From positions 144,398,001 through 144,462,000 of the forward strand of contig OX597815.1 of assembly GCA_951406725.2 (NCBI GenBank): a stretch of DNA of 64,000 nt, in the 5' to 3' direction. Positions 62,455 through 64,000 of this stretch are shown here, piece by piece (within the stretch, counting starts at the first letter, position 1; each line of letters begins with the position of its first letter). Both the position numbers and the translations under genes were made by a program. Origin of the DNA: Octopus vulgaris. Lineage: Eukaryota. Under the pieces are notes generated by a model. The model saw only the letters and a program-made list of their open reading frames with translations. It made no database searches and was not told the origin of the DNA.

Positions 62455-64000
62455 GTCTTTCTATCTGTCAGCCCTGTGTGGCTAATAAAGAAACATATAT
62501 AGGGTAAATGTGTTTCTTTGTTGTAGTTTAATTAATAATGTTATTGTTTAATCCTTTCTAGAATTAAGATTCAATGTATGTGGGGATAGCTAAGATATGT
62601 GTGCTCCCAAACAACATTTCTTTTAGTGCTGTTGACACTGCCAGATTGAGTGGCACTGCCCAGATGTCAAAACCATAGTGATATCTGTGAGGCAGCTGAT
62701 GATGGAGGTATGTTGGATAGTTGGTATGACTGTTATTGTAGGTGCGGGATAGGTTAATAACACATCCATTTGATATATATAAAAATCAGGTTGACTTAGT
62801 TCTTCATGCTACTTAACGTCTTGTAGATATGAAAAAAATCACAAGCTCCTTGGATACTTGGAAACCAAGTGAAGAAAACACAAAATGCCTGCTCAAGAAG
62901 ACTTAATGCCCATTGGTCAATTTTTTCTTTGTTAAAAGAAGCTATTTTGTTTTCCTTCACATTATTTTCAAATATCTGAGGAGGTGTCTATGCTTTTTCA
63001 TTTTCACAAAACTTTAAGGGACATGAAGAGCTAAGTGAATCTTCAATACAACTCCATCAGTACCTATTGAGTACTACTTGTGTTCATTTGTTTGCTCATA
63101 TATATATATATTCATACATACACATGTAGACATACACACAGATATATATGTATACATACAAATATGTACACACAACTGAAATTGTAAATCCTTTATGTTG
63201 TTATTCAACTTGGTTTTAGACATTTGATAAGCATTTACAATAAAGGGAAATCTCAGCTAGAGGCCCTGAGAAAAACTCTATCCAATCTATTATCATTCAT
63301 CAAGATATTGTTATCATAGACACATTTGATGAGATTATATAAACAATTCCCTTGACCCCACTTTTTTATTGGCTTGTATCTTATCAAAGCCGGAAATATG
63401 AACAGTCTAAAACACAGCCATATTTGAAATCCAGACAGAAAGGGAAATAACTAAATACTGCATGCCATTCAGCTAAAATGATCGCCATTTTATTGTCATC
63501 TATATTAAATCCTTTCTTCTTTGGCTTCATTCATTTTCTATTTCTTAAAACTGGTTTTTATATCAATCTCTTTCTATGTTTTTTTCTTAAAGATATACAT
63601 CTATATTTCTTTACAATTATACTTTGGTTTGTTGAGAAATAATCTTCAAACCCTACATTAGGGTATCCTCATTTTGCTACATTACATCAAGGAAGTGACC
63701 CAACATGGGAGGTTTTTGTGGTCTCTTGACTAGTTAGAAAGGAATAGTGGCCAAAAGCCACCTAAAGTAATAACCCACTTGCAGAAAAAAAGAAAAAGGA
63801 CACATCTGATAATGTAGGCCTCATTGCTACTCACAAGACAGAATGGTCATGGATGGGATACATCAGATCAGAAGTCTACTTCATGAGGGTAGACCTTGGG
63901 TTAAAAAGCTACATTAAGGGAGACTCTGCCTGGTTTTCAATTGACCAGAAACTTTTCCCTAGCTCCTTAAAGAAAACATTGGATAATGTAATTTCTGGAA

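Noticed and set aside
62627-62707. Plus-strand 81-nt segment with good acceptor and GTATGT donor
   Set aside because: Stops in all three frames and no other support; at most a non-coding exon.

Overview
AT-rich, microsatellite- and retroposon-saturated eukaryotic genomic DNA. The SINE families, (TA)n/(CA)n/(ATG)n/(ATT)n tracts and the 5S sequence point to an octopus (coleoid cephalopod) genome; this is an inference. The only convincing host coding sequence is a minus-strand terminal exon (4861-6007) encoding the last ankyrin repeat of a PPP1R27/PPP1R12-type protein plus a ~345-aa acidic low-complexity tail. I found no upstream exon, so 6008-64000 is probably mostly one very large intron. It holds a full-length dead mariner, a Tc1 5' fragment, RTE, CR1/L2-type and R4/Dong LINE fragments, three non-autonomous Helitrons, hAT and TTAA-type MITEs and many tRNA-derived SINEs. 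Most interesting: (i) a recurring 'TSD + tail + long inverted repeat' insertion architecture, usually carrying minimal hammerhead-ribozyme-like cores (Penelope/retrozyme-like), including a nested example; (ii) a 5S rRNA copy fused to a retroposon 3' tail (SINE3-like); (iii) LINE-SINE tail sharing and SINE module swapping visible within the window. Nearly all short ORFs in the track are repeat artefacts. All alignments were made by eye and repeat boundaries are approximate unless TSD/TIR positions are given.
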